Origin: Lingula anatina | Taxonomy: Eukaryota; Animalia; Brachiopoda | Length of the DNA stretch: 64,000 nt | Direction: 5' to 3' | Assembly (NCBI GenBank): GCA_051362555.1 | Contig: CM120641.1 | Location: forward strand, 18,476,001 to 18,540,000 | Shown here: piece after piece, positions 39,794-51,927 of the stretch | Layout of the letters: the number at the start of each line of letters is the position of its first letter | How positions within the stretch are numbered: the first letter of the stretch is position 1 | Translations under genes and position numbers: made by a program | The notes under the pieces: model-generated | Databases searched by the model: none | What the model saw: only the letters and a program-made list of their open reading frames with translations | Told to the model about the DNA's origin: nothing

Positions 39794-40738
39794 CAGGCCT
39801 TCCCAACTACCAGACTCGGCACCTACGGGTCCAGAATAAACCGGTATATCTGACCACACTACCCGTTTTCAAGGTGTGTGTCAGATCGCATAAAAGAGTA
39901 TCATACCCTATCACAAATTCTGTAAGCCTACCTGTCATCCGGGTATCGCGCCTCGTTTTCGTCAAGTAGGAGTCGCATGAATACAACAGACGACTCCCTC
40001 AATCAGGGGGTGGAAACGCGCTACTTATATGATTAAGACGAGCCTAGCCGTCAGTACCGGTTATTGTTTTGTGACCTTGAGGAGCAATTAGGTTTGGTCG
40101 TTGCGGCACGCATCAACAGTAGATAACTACCACACCTGGGTCTTTTGTTTTTGACAACTGTTCACTCGTCATCGAGGCGCTTGTTCAAGACTACAGGCTG
40201 ATATCTACTAGTACTACCAGTGGCTTCATTAGTAACGTTCCCACAATACTTAAGTTTTCTGTCCGTGCGTACAAACCCTGAAAAAGGACAGCCTCGCTGA
40301 CGAGAACAATGGACGTTTCTCACCCCTCTCTAGGATTACCCCTGCCCTCAATCTCGTCCATCCCGGTAGTCACGAAAATATTTAACCCCCGACAGAATAT
40401 GCTTCTGCTATCAAAATTAGGTCTACTTTTCTAAATTAATATATAAGTTTGCAAGTTCTTATTTACAAAACATCATTGGCTATGTCCGAACCTAAATTTT
40501 ATGTTAAAAATTGCGGTACTGTCAGATTTTAGCATAAACAGAGAAAATTGCAGCAGCGCATGAATCTAGATGAGATGCACTACTTTCCAACCCCGCTTAG
40601 GATCATTGCTATCACTCAGTGTGGTGGCTGATACTCTGTAATGCGATCTGACACACACCTTGAAAACGGGTAGTGTGGTCTGATAAACCGGTTTATACTG
40701 GACCCGTAGGTGCCGAGTCTGGTAGTTGGGAAGGCCTG
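39794..40738. mobile_element. MITE family A, copy 2 (same TIRs, different longer interior)
   Basis: About 100-bp TIRs CAGGCCTTCCCAACTACCAGACTCGGCACCTA; 5-bp TSD ACATT (39789-39793, 40739-40743); CpG-retaining interior. Confidence 0.88.
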
Positions 40739-41085
40739 ACATTTGCCATGTAAAACTTAAATATATCAGAAAAATTGACGTTTAGTAATCCAAAAATTTG
40801 CTATTCCCATTTGGGAGACTTATGTTCAACTCTAGTTTATAAATATGTCTAATTGGATTATTATTAATCCAAAAGTGAATATTACCTGTATATAAATGAT
40901 GATATAATCCACCTTGCTATTTTACTGGATAATTATCTAATGTGAGAAATATGAATAATTCTAGCTGTTACTGGAACTTTTAGCAGCTGGCCAACCTTCC
41001 AGTAATGTATGTCTCATTCTTAATTATTCTACTGGATGACTAACAACAGTCATTTATTATTATCTAGTGTTATGAAGCAGTATAG

Positions 41086-41088
<3 letters not shown>

Positions 41089-41133
<45 letters not shown>
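41089..41133. repeat. (AC)n microsatellite
   Basis: Direct reading. Confidence 0.9.
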
Positions 41134-41134
<1 letters not shown>

Positions 41135-41314
41135 CACTACCACTAGTTTCTTATATGACTTATGGTCCACATGCCAAAGGATAAACCAAACAGTCATGCA
41201 ATCAGCCAAAAAAGCTTTATTACTGCATATATTCTGTTTAATATATGCACAACTGTTTTATATCACTTCTTAATTACTGTTGATGTCTTTCCATATTGAA
41301 AGGTACTAGTAGTA

Positions 41315-41556
41315 TAAGGACTCATTTCTGTTGGTCTCTGTAGATTGATCCAACTCGACGGGGCCTCTTGCTGAATACGAACAGTTAAACAGATTAAAGA
41401 TCCTATTGTTTCCAGCATGACCACCAGCTTTCCTGTATTCTACTCAATGCTACAAGGAGGCGTGTCATTCAGTTAAACTGATTGCACTCAGCCAGAATTC
41501 CCAAAGAGTTGAGTTGATTTATGAAGACTGATGGTGTCTATGGAAATGACCACTAA
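41315..41556. mobile_element. Foldback MITE family B copy
   Basis: AGGACTCATTTCT...AGATTGATCCAACTC...GTATTCTACTCAATGC...GTTAAACTGATTGCACTCAGC, collinear with the 25002 copy. Confidence 0.65.
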
Positions 41557-44500
41557 AACGGTGAAAATAATGGGGCAGATCAAAATTATACAAATATTAC
41601 TCAAAAGTTCACTTTTTTTGTGCAATTTTCACTCTCCTAATGCTTCTTGGGGATAAATTTTTTCAGAAAGATCTAATTTCCTTAGTTAAACTATTTACAT
41701 TTTTGCATTCATTTTCTTCATAGATGTAGTGACACCATTTCATGGACAAATGAAATGTTTTTTCCAAGATCTTTTGCATTAGCTGTGGAAATAGCAAACT
41801 GGAAAAATAGCTTTTAAATGTAAACAGATTAATTTTTATTTGTTCATAGACCATTCTGATTTCTTCCTTTTTATTTCATCTTTTCAAATCCGTCTTCTTT
41901 TGCACTGAGTGAATAATTGAGAAGGAGCACCTTTGTAAACCAAGCACACTTTAAAGAGTTTGTTGAATAGGAACACAAATACAATCCAGCTACTTATACA
42001 TATATACACCTTGGTCCGGTTCTGAATGACCTTTCAGCTATACCAGCTTGACCTTTAAGTCCAAACACCAATCAGAATAGAGTGGATGATGTTACGTAAT
42101 TAGTCAGACTGAATAACCAGATCAAGTGAGTAAACATACAGGGCTGAGTCCAAACCATTATGGCGGACTGCATGCTTCAGAAGGAAAAACATATCATCTG
42201 TGGTGGAACTTAGGAAACAATTAACTTTGAAGTGGACCCACCTCAGTTACATGAACATTGTCAGGTAGATTTTAGTTCTTAGGTCAATGGGAAATCTGAA
42301 CCTTGTGAGGAAAGGCTTAGAGAGAAGCATATAATGTGTTGTCCAGCTGCACCAATGACCCTAGCTTTAATATGATATATAAGTGGTCAGTGGCCACATA
42401 TATTCCTGTCCTGAATTGATGTGTGGAAGAGACTGACTACAGTTAGACCCACAGCAGTGCAGTGTTGTGGATTATGTAATTTGTGTCTGTCTGAATTGTG
42501 GCTGAATCTCAGCTATCATTTGCTTATTTGATACGCACAAGCTGACAAAATTCATTTGGTTATATGAGGTCTTTACATTATGGAGGTTATATTGGCCTTC
42601 TGAAATAATTATGTACTTCTATATTATTCATACATTCAATATACATTCATTGTATCAGAGACATGGTGACTTTTGAGACTTGGTATAAAGATTGCCTTTG
42701 ATAGCAACTTTTTTAATGTTTGTCTTTTATTCAGAACACGCCTTTGAGAGATGAGAGAGGCCCAAAGATGGTAGACTAAAGTATTTGTAGGTCGTGATTA
42801 CATAATACTTCTCTCAGACTGGTAGGAAGGAATCAATTTCAGCTGTGCACCATGCTGGTCAGATGCATCAGCTTAAAATTGGTTTGTTAAAAAAGAAGGA
42901 AAGAAAAAAATAAAATAAAAATTTCCCAACTAATTGGTGAAAATGGCATTGTATTTATTGTGTCAATTATGCCAGATGATACTTTGATGCTTTAAAACCA
43001 GGTATTATTTTCAGCATTATCCCAGGAATTTATACATGAGTAAATGCACAGATAAAATAATAAAAATAATTAAGTTTTTTTTTTGTTTGTTTGTTTGTTA
43101 TAGCATATTTTTATAAAGACTTTGACCAAACTGTTACATAATTAGAATAATGACATACTGATATGTTAATATTTAGTGCATATACTTAAATTATACTTAA
43201 ATTACAAATATACTGTACAACCAGTAGTCTACATTCAAGTTAGCTAGATTCAAAACTGCTAATTTTTAGATGTGTAATGCTTACAAAGGGGAAAGTATTA
43301 CTATTTGACATACATATTGATATGACTGTAAGCTTTGAGAAGGTATTAGTGGCCAACAACTGGGTTTGTGTGTCCATGAATCAGAATGCAATCAAGATTT
43401 ACATACATATGCTATTAAGAATGAATTAATTATATATTAAACTAGTAAAGCATTTCACTTTCTTTGAGGTTTGTGGATTGTTATAACACTGTGCAAAGTC
43501 TTTTAGTATTATTGAAGGCAATTGACCATTTGATAAAACTCATTTGATACATGAAATCATATGTAGTTATAGATCTTAACGTGAAAATGTTATTGGTTTT
43601 ACTGTCAGCATTTGTTTGAACTTCTTAAGAACAATAATTTGGCAACTTGGTACATACAATTTTATATCCTCAAAAAAAAAAAAAAAAAAAGGATTGCTGT
43701 TAATTTTTGAGAACACCTAAAAAGCAAATTCAAATGAATTCTTGTGAGAAAATATTTGTCAATCTGAGTTACCAGCTGGGCTAATTTGTTTTAATCAGGT
43801 AAAACCCCCTTTGCATGAGAGACTCACTTACAGTCCACCCAAGCAGACAGTTAAGGCTTTTTATATGTTGCCCAAAAAGGAAAAATGAAATATTTGTTTG
43901 TCTATATTTTGTTCATTCTGAATTTGAGTTAGTTGAATTGAAAGTTCATTTAAGTGTGAATAATTTCATCTTTGTTTGAATAGTTAAGAGAATCATGATA
44001 CTGATACAAAGACACTAGGCATTTTCATAAGCTTTAGCCAGTTGGCTGGTTATTTGTTATAAATGACATGTATGCGATTTCATATTAAACAAATTTGTTT
44101 AAAAAGAATCTTTGATTTGATTTTATTCCAGTAATCTTTTCAATTAAAAAAAAAAGTTTAGTGCCAAAAAATCTTTGTGCATGAAGAAGATTATCTAAAT
44201 GGTTGAACAAAAAGCATGAAGCAAAGACATGCAGACAAATGCTATCACGAAATGAGGACTTATATTTTGCTTTGCTTGTTTGTTTAGTATGTCTGTAGCA
44301 TGAACTTAAACATGGGTTGTTTTCAATTTCAGGAACCTTCTGCAAATGTACTGCTTATTAGCTTGCTTAGGAAGATAGGCTTCTTTTATAGGGTAAGTGC
44401 TTGATTTAATTATTTTGTCTTGAATCAAACCTTATATGGTGAGTTTATCATATAACGTAGTTCGAAATGAAAAAAATATTATTAAATAAAAACATCTAGA

Positions 44501-45331
44501 TTTTGCTATTGATTATTGATTTCTAAGGATATTGAATGAAGTGCCAATAAAACATTATATTTTTCATTAATTTTAGCCACTGATGGCAGTGATGCTAAAG
44601 TGAATTGGTAATTAATGATACTGTGGGTTTCAAATACAGTATATGATAAAAAAAAAGCAAAATGTCAAATTTTACTTTGAAAATATAATGCCAGTATAAC
44701 TTAATGTGTCTTACTAGCAAATGCTTACATATTTGTGCATTTCTTGTTTAATTTTTATTTGTGTCGCAGGCCAGATTGAAATCCAGACAGATTTTAAAAA
44801 AGTCAGAATTGTAAATTCAATTTGGTCTAGGCAGATTTCAAATCGGTATAGGCCAAATTGAAATTTCAGTATTGCCTAAGATAAATTAAAATATGCATAA
44901 GATAGATTAAAATCTGACTAGGTAAGACTGACATTTCAATATAGCTAAAGAAATGATTTCAGAAAGATATTTTATAATTCACTCTGTTAATTATAAGGGT
45001 GTTAGTCAGAGAGTAGTATAATATACCCAACCTTACTTTTGTGCCAGAAAAAGAAAGTCAATTATTTAAATGAATGTCTGGCTTGAGTTGGTTATCATGC
45101 ATGTGCCTATATATACTGTCTCTGACTTACATCCAAACTATCCCAGAACAAATTTGCCTACAAGTTTTTACCTATTCTCTAACTTCCAAACTCTTCCAAC
45201 AGACTAACCACTTACATTATGTAAAGGTAGTTACAAATTGTATTTTTAAACAAACTATGGTGTTTATCTCACTCTGAAGTATGAGAATAAGGACAATAAA
45301 AACTTAAGAACATCTATTAGAATTTCTTTCT

Positions 45332-45348
45332 TGACCCATTTATGACCT
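45332..45348 (-). promoter_or_regulatory. Perfect consensus DR5 (RARE-like) upstream of the RAR coding exons
   Basis: Plus TGACCC attta TGACCT = minus AGGTCA taaat GGGTCA. Confidence 0.45.
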
Positions 45349-47094
45349 AACCTGAAAATTCCATCTAAATTCATTAATAAGTTTTTGACTGAATCCTGTT
45401 ATTATTTTTCTAAAGAAACTTGTTTACTATCTTCTTGAGATATTATAATTTAATGTATAGGCCTTTTATCTTCTCCATGAAGAAATTGCATTGTGGGAAT
45501 GTGAGTCCTTGTTATGTCAAAGCACTTGTAGCTGTACTAAGTACCATGCCTGGGTTTATGTACTGTGTCCTGTTACAATAAAAATGGGTGAATTTTAAAG
45601 GTTCCCAAAAATAGGGGTAGAAAACATTGATAGAGCCAGAAAGAAAGGGAAGTTAAGCAGGTTAATTTGGGCCAAGAACAGGACACTGTGTTTGCGACAA
45701 ACATTTCAAAAGCAGGAAGAAAACCTATAATAGTAGAAAACCAATAATATTTAAATAAAAACCAAAAAAAGGTTAATAAATTGAGGGGAATTTGGCAAGA
45801 CATCCTTTGCATGTCAGTGAAAATGAAATGTCTAAAAATGCAAAAAGAGACAGAAGAGGTCATAATGATCAATCCTACTGCATGTAGTATTCAGACCCTC
45901 ACGAACTGCTAAAATCTGTCAATGGAAATAAAAAAAGAACTGGAATTATTTATGAAATGGAGGAAAATGTGCATGCTCTTCAAATATAATTTTCAGAGAA
46001 ATTAAAGCATCTGAAGTAATAGTGGGCTTATTTGCAACAGGTGAATAAGAATCCAGGGGAAAACCATGTGTGTATAGAAAATCATAAAGATCTGAAGAAA
46101 AAAGCTGAAGGTTTTTGAAAGTCTGTCAAAATAATCCTATGTGTTGGATTTCAATGGGTGTGCTTTCATGTGAAAGGTGTTGGATTTGTCTTATTATAAC
46201 ATAACATTTTATGTTTCCCAACATTGCTGTGTATTTTAAACTTTAAATTCTTAGCCAAAAATGACACTAAAACATCGCTTAAATCTGGGACACAGACATA
46301 CCAGTCCGTTTTTAAGCTCTCAGAAAAGGAAAGTTAACTTACAAAGCACCATCACAATATCTAGCATAGACTTTTAATTTGATACTGCACAATTAAAGTT
46401 ACTACAAAATGTCTTTTACAGTTTTATAAACTACTCATACATTTGGTAAAGGCACTAAATGAATAATAAATATAATCTAGCCATGTATATGATAAGTAAT
46501 ACAAATATATTAAGTAAAAAATTTTAAAGTGTAGAAATAAGTCTTTGTTCTATCTTAAAAATGTTGCGAAGTAGGAAATGTACATGGAAAACATATATCT
46601 GATTAATAAAAAGAATACACCTGAAACCATTAAATAATTTGCAGTATTTCTTTAATTTTGTTTTGGTCTGATGGATTTAGTTTCAGTTTGACAGAATTTT
46701 CACACTTGACAGACCGAATGGCATTTTTTATCTGTTGTAAAGTTTGTACATGTAACAGTGTAAAACATGGTAAACTGTGTAATTATTATTTAGGAAGGTG
46801 TCGAAATTACCTGTCTCACCTTTTTAACATATAGCATTAGAAGGTGTTAATTACAGAGGAAAGCCCACAGTTATAGCTCACCTTACGGAACAACTGAAGT
46901 AACAACTGGTGCCTTATCTGGTGCCAAATCAGTTATCCAACAAACAGTCTGCCTGTCAGTTTTACCTGTATACATGGTAGGTACAAGTAAAACAATGCAG
47001 GAAATCTTTGCACTTTATTTTTATGTACAGACACTGAATCAATGATACTTAAGTATTTTATTATTAAAAAGTGATGGTCATTATGTTGTAAAGC

Positions 47095-47810
47095 ATTATG
47101 TAATGTTGCATCAAAATTGAAGAAAACCCTATTATGTGCACTGCTGCCACACATACCATTATAGGAAAACCATGTTACTTATGATTCTCAAACTTACTAA
47201 TAAGAGTCATAGGACTGAAATGCAGCTTGAGTTGGAAAACCAGTCTGATGGCATTATCTTGTGGAAGCAATGCAGTTCTTAACAAAATATTCGGCATGAA
47301 GTCAAATGGTAACCAAATGTTCTGAAGGTTCATGTTATGTATGGTAGATAATCAAAAATTGGTGGTGATTATACTGTTAATCATTAAGTAATATTGAATA
47401 AAAATTGACAAAAAACCTACTTTGTGTAATGCCACCACAAACGTTATGAAAGGAGATTGTGCTACTCATTATTTCATAACTTACTAGAATGATTCTTATG
47501 ATTGAAGTACAGCTCAGATAGGAAAACCAGCTTGATTGGATTTTTAATTTTTTCCTATATTTATGCAATTTTTTTATGAAATTTTCATTTTTCTCATTCC
47601 AGCATTTTCTAAATATGAACTTAACTGGCCTTATGCTAGCTACAAATTTTACTTACATCGGTATTACCTGTTGTACATAATAAAATTTGGTGTTGACTTT
47701 GCTGGAAAAGCATAATGTATTACTGCATCAAAATTGACAGTAGCCTGTTTTGTGCATCACTGTTTTCTGCTTTTTGTCTGTACATTTGAAAGCTTTGGTG
47801 CCTTGTTTCA
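47095..47810 (+). repeat. Old repeat of about 300-bp units, with a homologous block at about 35190-35590
   Basis: ATCAAAATTGA...CCTATT(A/T)TGTGCA and AACTTAC..GAATGATTCTTATGA blocks recur at about 47100, 47400 and 47720; TTTTCTGCTT.TTGTCTGTACATTTGA.AGCTTTG.TGCCTTGTTT occurs at both about 35540 and 47763. Confidence 0.6.
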
Positions 47811-50800
47811 AAAATCTCTTCAAATACCCCACATGAAATGATATGGTATTTATATAAATGAAATGATATCCCCGCAGCTTGCATTAAACATGTACCCATC
47901 CATAAACTTGATAAACTTGTGTATGTGTTTGCTTGCTACTTTGATTTTATAACAAATATAATGGGTCTCTTTCACATGTCTTCATTGCTGAAAGCATTTT
48001 AAAGAATATTGAGTATAACTATAGTCCAACATCACTAAAGCAAGTGCAGCCAAGGTTCGGCGCTTAAGTGAAGCCATGTTGTACATTGCATCATATTTAA
48101 GTTAAGTAATAAAACATTTAATTGCTTGCTTCACTGTCCAACTAACTCTGTCTCATTGCCTGTAGTTGACACATTTCTGTGCTTCAGCCACCTTTTTAGT
48201 TCTGGCAACGTGCATGCTTAGAACAGCTTTTTTATGCATGCATCAGGTACGTCACCCTCACATACCGATGCCTTGCTGAAAACATCAGAGGACTACAGTG
48301 ACCCCTGTGGTGCACTGTTCCAATAATGTGCACTTTTCATTTCTGCAAAAGATGAAAAATACCTATATTCAGCCATCTCTAAAAATGTCATCAGTGTGTA
48401 CCGCAATCATGAAAGTTTTGTTTTATATCTGGTATAAGTTTGTTTTCTCAGAGAATAATTGTGTTTCACTCACTCTAAAGATGCATTTAAAGTCAGATTC
48501 ATCCTGATGCATTTTTGATGTGACAGCACCATAACATAACAAAACATAGTTTATTTTTGCATCATCTAAGCAGATAAGGAAATAGATCTGAACATATTGA
48601 TCTACCTTATAGATGCATTTGAAGTCAGATCAAAGATGCATTAAAAGTCAAATTTTTGCCAAAAAACTTGACCAGAAGTCACCATAAAGTTTCAAATAAC
48701 ATAATCTTGTAGAAAAACCAAAGGACATCATTTTTTGAATAATGATATTTGAACCGATATTTTCTGCTTTCCTTCTGCTTTGGAGTGAGAATGATGATTA
48801 TGCAATGCATATGGAATACTACATCATTGTGTGAATCTTTATTAAAGATGCATATGAAGTCAATTTTTTGGCATAAATGCCAACCAAATGTGAGCATATA
48901 GTTTCAGATAGTGTAGCTTTTTTTTAGCTGACCAAGAGATAAATTTAGTTTATGACTTGGCTTGTTGACTTAATGGCTTATATGTGTTGCTGGGAATCCA
49001 CGAAACTTTCAAATACAAATAAACCCAAATATAACCAGAGTCTTCACACACACACACACACACACACACATGCATGCTTCATAGTCCAAGATAACTAAAA
49101 ACTTTTTTAAAAAAATGTCTGTTCAAAGTCTTTAAAAGATACATAAAAAATAAACAAATAAGTAAAATTGAGGCATATTTCTTCCACTTCAACCATGACA
49201 AAAATGTCCTTGAAATCTTACATGAAGTTTCTTCTTAGATGCATCTTAGCAGAAGGAGTCTTATAATGAAGGAAACAGAGAATCATTACACTAATCTCTT
49301 CGATGGTCAGTAGGTCTCAATGGGAAATTTTACAATAATGACAAATCAACACCCAAGACATACTCCTGGCTAATACCAACCACATATTGCCCGGCCAATG
49401 TAATTTTCTGATGGAAAGATAATGTCTTGAACAATAGGTGAGTATCTGTGGTCTTAGTCTGCTGGGACCCCTATGCAAGTGGAACTCAGTTTATTCCGGG
49501 AGATATGATCAGCCAGAGTGGTGCTGTAAAGAAGATAAGTTACATGAAGTTTTCCTCTGTTGTTGGTCAGACTTGCCTCATACCTGCTGGCTTTGTGAAA
49601 ACAGGATATTTTTATCAGTATGTGAGAGATTTCTAACACGACGGAAACCCAGCGGGTGAGATGCTTTTTCGTTAGGAGTGTTGTTGGCAGATAGTCTCAC
49701 CAGTACTTCACCTTGTTTGGAATTTTAAAACATTTAGTGATATATCTGACAGCAAAAATGTTTGAAACTGATATAATATGGTATGTTGCTTTAAACTATT
49801 TTTCCGCAAAGTTTGTAGTCAACATTTTACAGTTTCTGCAGGCATTGATTGAAAATGGTCACTCATTTGTGCTGCCATCTGGTTTTTTGTGCACAGACTA
49901 GAATTGTTTTGTCTGACTTGTCAACACCTGATAAAATTATCTGGAGATGGATCCAATTTTTTTCAGCTGAGAACTTTAATAACTTAAATCTACTATACCT
50001 TAGTTATGTATTCTGTGTAAAAGCAAGCATGAATGCTGAATCCTAGGATTGATTGTTGTTCTAGAGCACAATTTAAAACTTTCTTGGGAGAAGGGATGTT
50101 CCACTTCTAATCATTCCCAATTGATGTGTGCATTATTTAACCCTGTCAGTCACCTTGCTTGTTTTCTGTAAAACAAGAAAGCTTATAGTATAAAAAGAAA
50201 TTTGCTTCAATTTAATACTTATTACTGTTTTAACAACTGGAAAAAACATGTTTCCATAAGTATCCTAGAAAAGAGCAGTCTGGTGGTCAGTCTATGTATG
50301 GTTTAATATTGATTTCTGATAATGTGAATGAAATAGACTGAATCTTGCCACGTCTCTATTTCATTAAGAAAAGATCTCTTATCTTAATAGCTTTTTATAT
50401 TGCTTGTATAAATTGTTGGTTAGTATGCACATTAATTGTCTTCTTAGCTTCTTTGCGCGCACTTGTGTTCAGTTTTTGACAATACTCTTTAAACATGAGG
50501 AGGGAAAAAGACCTTTTTGTCCCAAGAAAAAAATTTTTTTGGTTACACAGTTGTTGGGTTTACTTGTTTTAATTGATATACTTATTATTTGTCTAAAGAA
50601 CATTCTACAGAGCTATTCTATCATCTCATCCCGACATAATGAATAGAATAATTTTAAGATAGAACAATGAGGCACTCTGTTTATGTCAGTAAAAGATTTC
50701 ATATCACTTATTTATTGCTTTTTCTAAAATGTCAGACTTAATAATAATGTAATGAATTTTCCAATGCCAATCATTTTAAAACACCAACATGTTCAACACT

Positions 50801-51197
50801 TCTCAGTGAATGAATTATGAGTAGTTCCTTCATATTCAAATTGAAATAGTATCAGTGTCACTTGATGACCAGGTTTTTCTCATTTGTCTGTTTAATCTTA
50901 CTTACAATATACTCATTGTCAAAATGAGTTCTATATATCTTAAGCAGTTATTATATATTAAAAGTCATTATCTGTCATTATTTCTTAATATATTGCCTTC
51001 ATCCTTTTGGAGAAGGGCAATTTAGATTTGAGCAATAGTTATCCTAATTTAAATGATCAGTTTCATGGGTTGATGATCCTTGAATGTCCACTGGTGTTTT
51101 ATCAAAAGAAATTTGGCAATACTTAATGTTACTGCCAACATGAAGAACTTATTATAAGGTCCTGTGTATTTTATTTGATAAGGATTATTGTTATGCT

Positions 51198-51378
51198 TTA
51201 AGAGTGCATTCAGAACAACAGACTAACAGATCTGCAGATCAAATATGGCGACCCACTAAAAAGCTTGCCATTTTATTTCCAATTAGTCAATGAATATATT
51301 CCCTGCGGGTCACATTCAGGTGGTTCGGCCATATTTGATCTGTGGATCTGCTAGTTTGCTGTCCTGAATGCTCCCTAA
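51198..51378. mobile_element. Small foldback MITE, possibly related to the 29646 element
   Basis: GCATTCAGAACA...CAGATCAAATATGGC / GCCATATTTGATCTG...TGTCCTGAATGC inverted arms. Confidence 0.6.
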
Positions 51379-51857
51379 GATGAATGTAGTAACGCTGTTC
51401 ACCTTTGTTATATTTAGGTTAGTCAGTCCATTTGTAAATTAGTTTTTTGTCATTTTGTACCCCTTTTAATTTTGTTCTTTGAATCTAGAAAAGCATGTGA
51501 GATATGTACTGGTAGGTCCCAAAATGTCTGTAACATGGACAACACATAATACTGTGCCCTGGAATGACAGGCCTGTATGAAAGTTCACAACCAAACTTGC
51601 TAAGACAAAAAATAGACTTAAGATCCATTTCCATTTAAGTTGGAACCACCCAACGTAGTAAGTAAGGACTATCAGAATTGACTAATTATGTCACCTTAGG
51701 GAGACGTGTAATGGCACTACTCTCTGCAAGGATCACAGATGGATTATTAAAAATTTTTGCTAAAAACCTACTTTGTATGCCCACTTAATCTTTCATTTTT
51801 GTTTTTTAGGAAGCATAGCGCTTTTACATGCCTGACCAGGTTTTGCTGTAACGAGTC

Positions 51858-51927
51858 ATGTACAGTAGTAGTAGCAGCAACAGCAATACAAGCAATGGTA
51901 TGCATGTGGAGAGAACTGCAGCAGACA
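51858..51927 (+). CDS. RAR: RAR probable first coding exon (exon starts at 51810; ATG at 51858)
   Basis: Acceptor tttcatttttgttttttag| at 51809, in-frame TAA at 51849-51851, then [26 protein letters not shown] and A|GTGAGT donor (phase 1) matching the acceptor at 52334. Confidence 0.7.

Noticed and set aside
44765-44950. Degenerate periodic sequence of about 21 bp
   Set aside because: Too diverged to define a unit; probably an old tandem repeat with no evidence of function.
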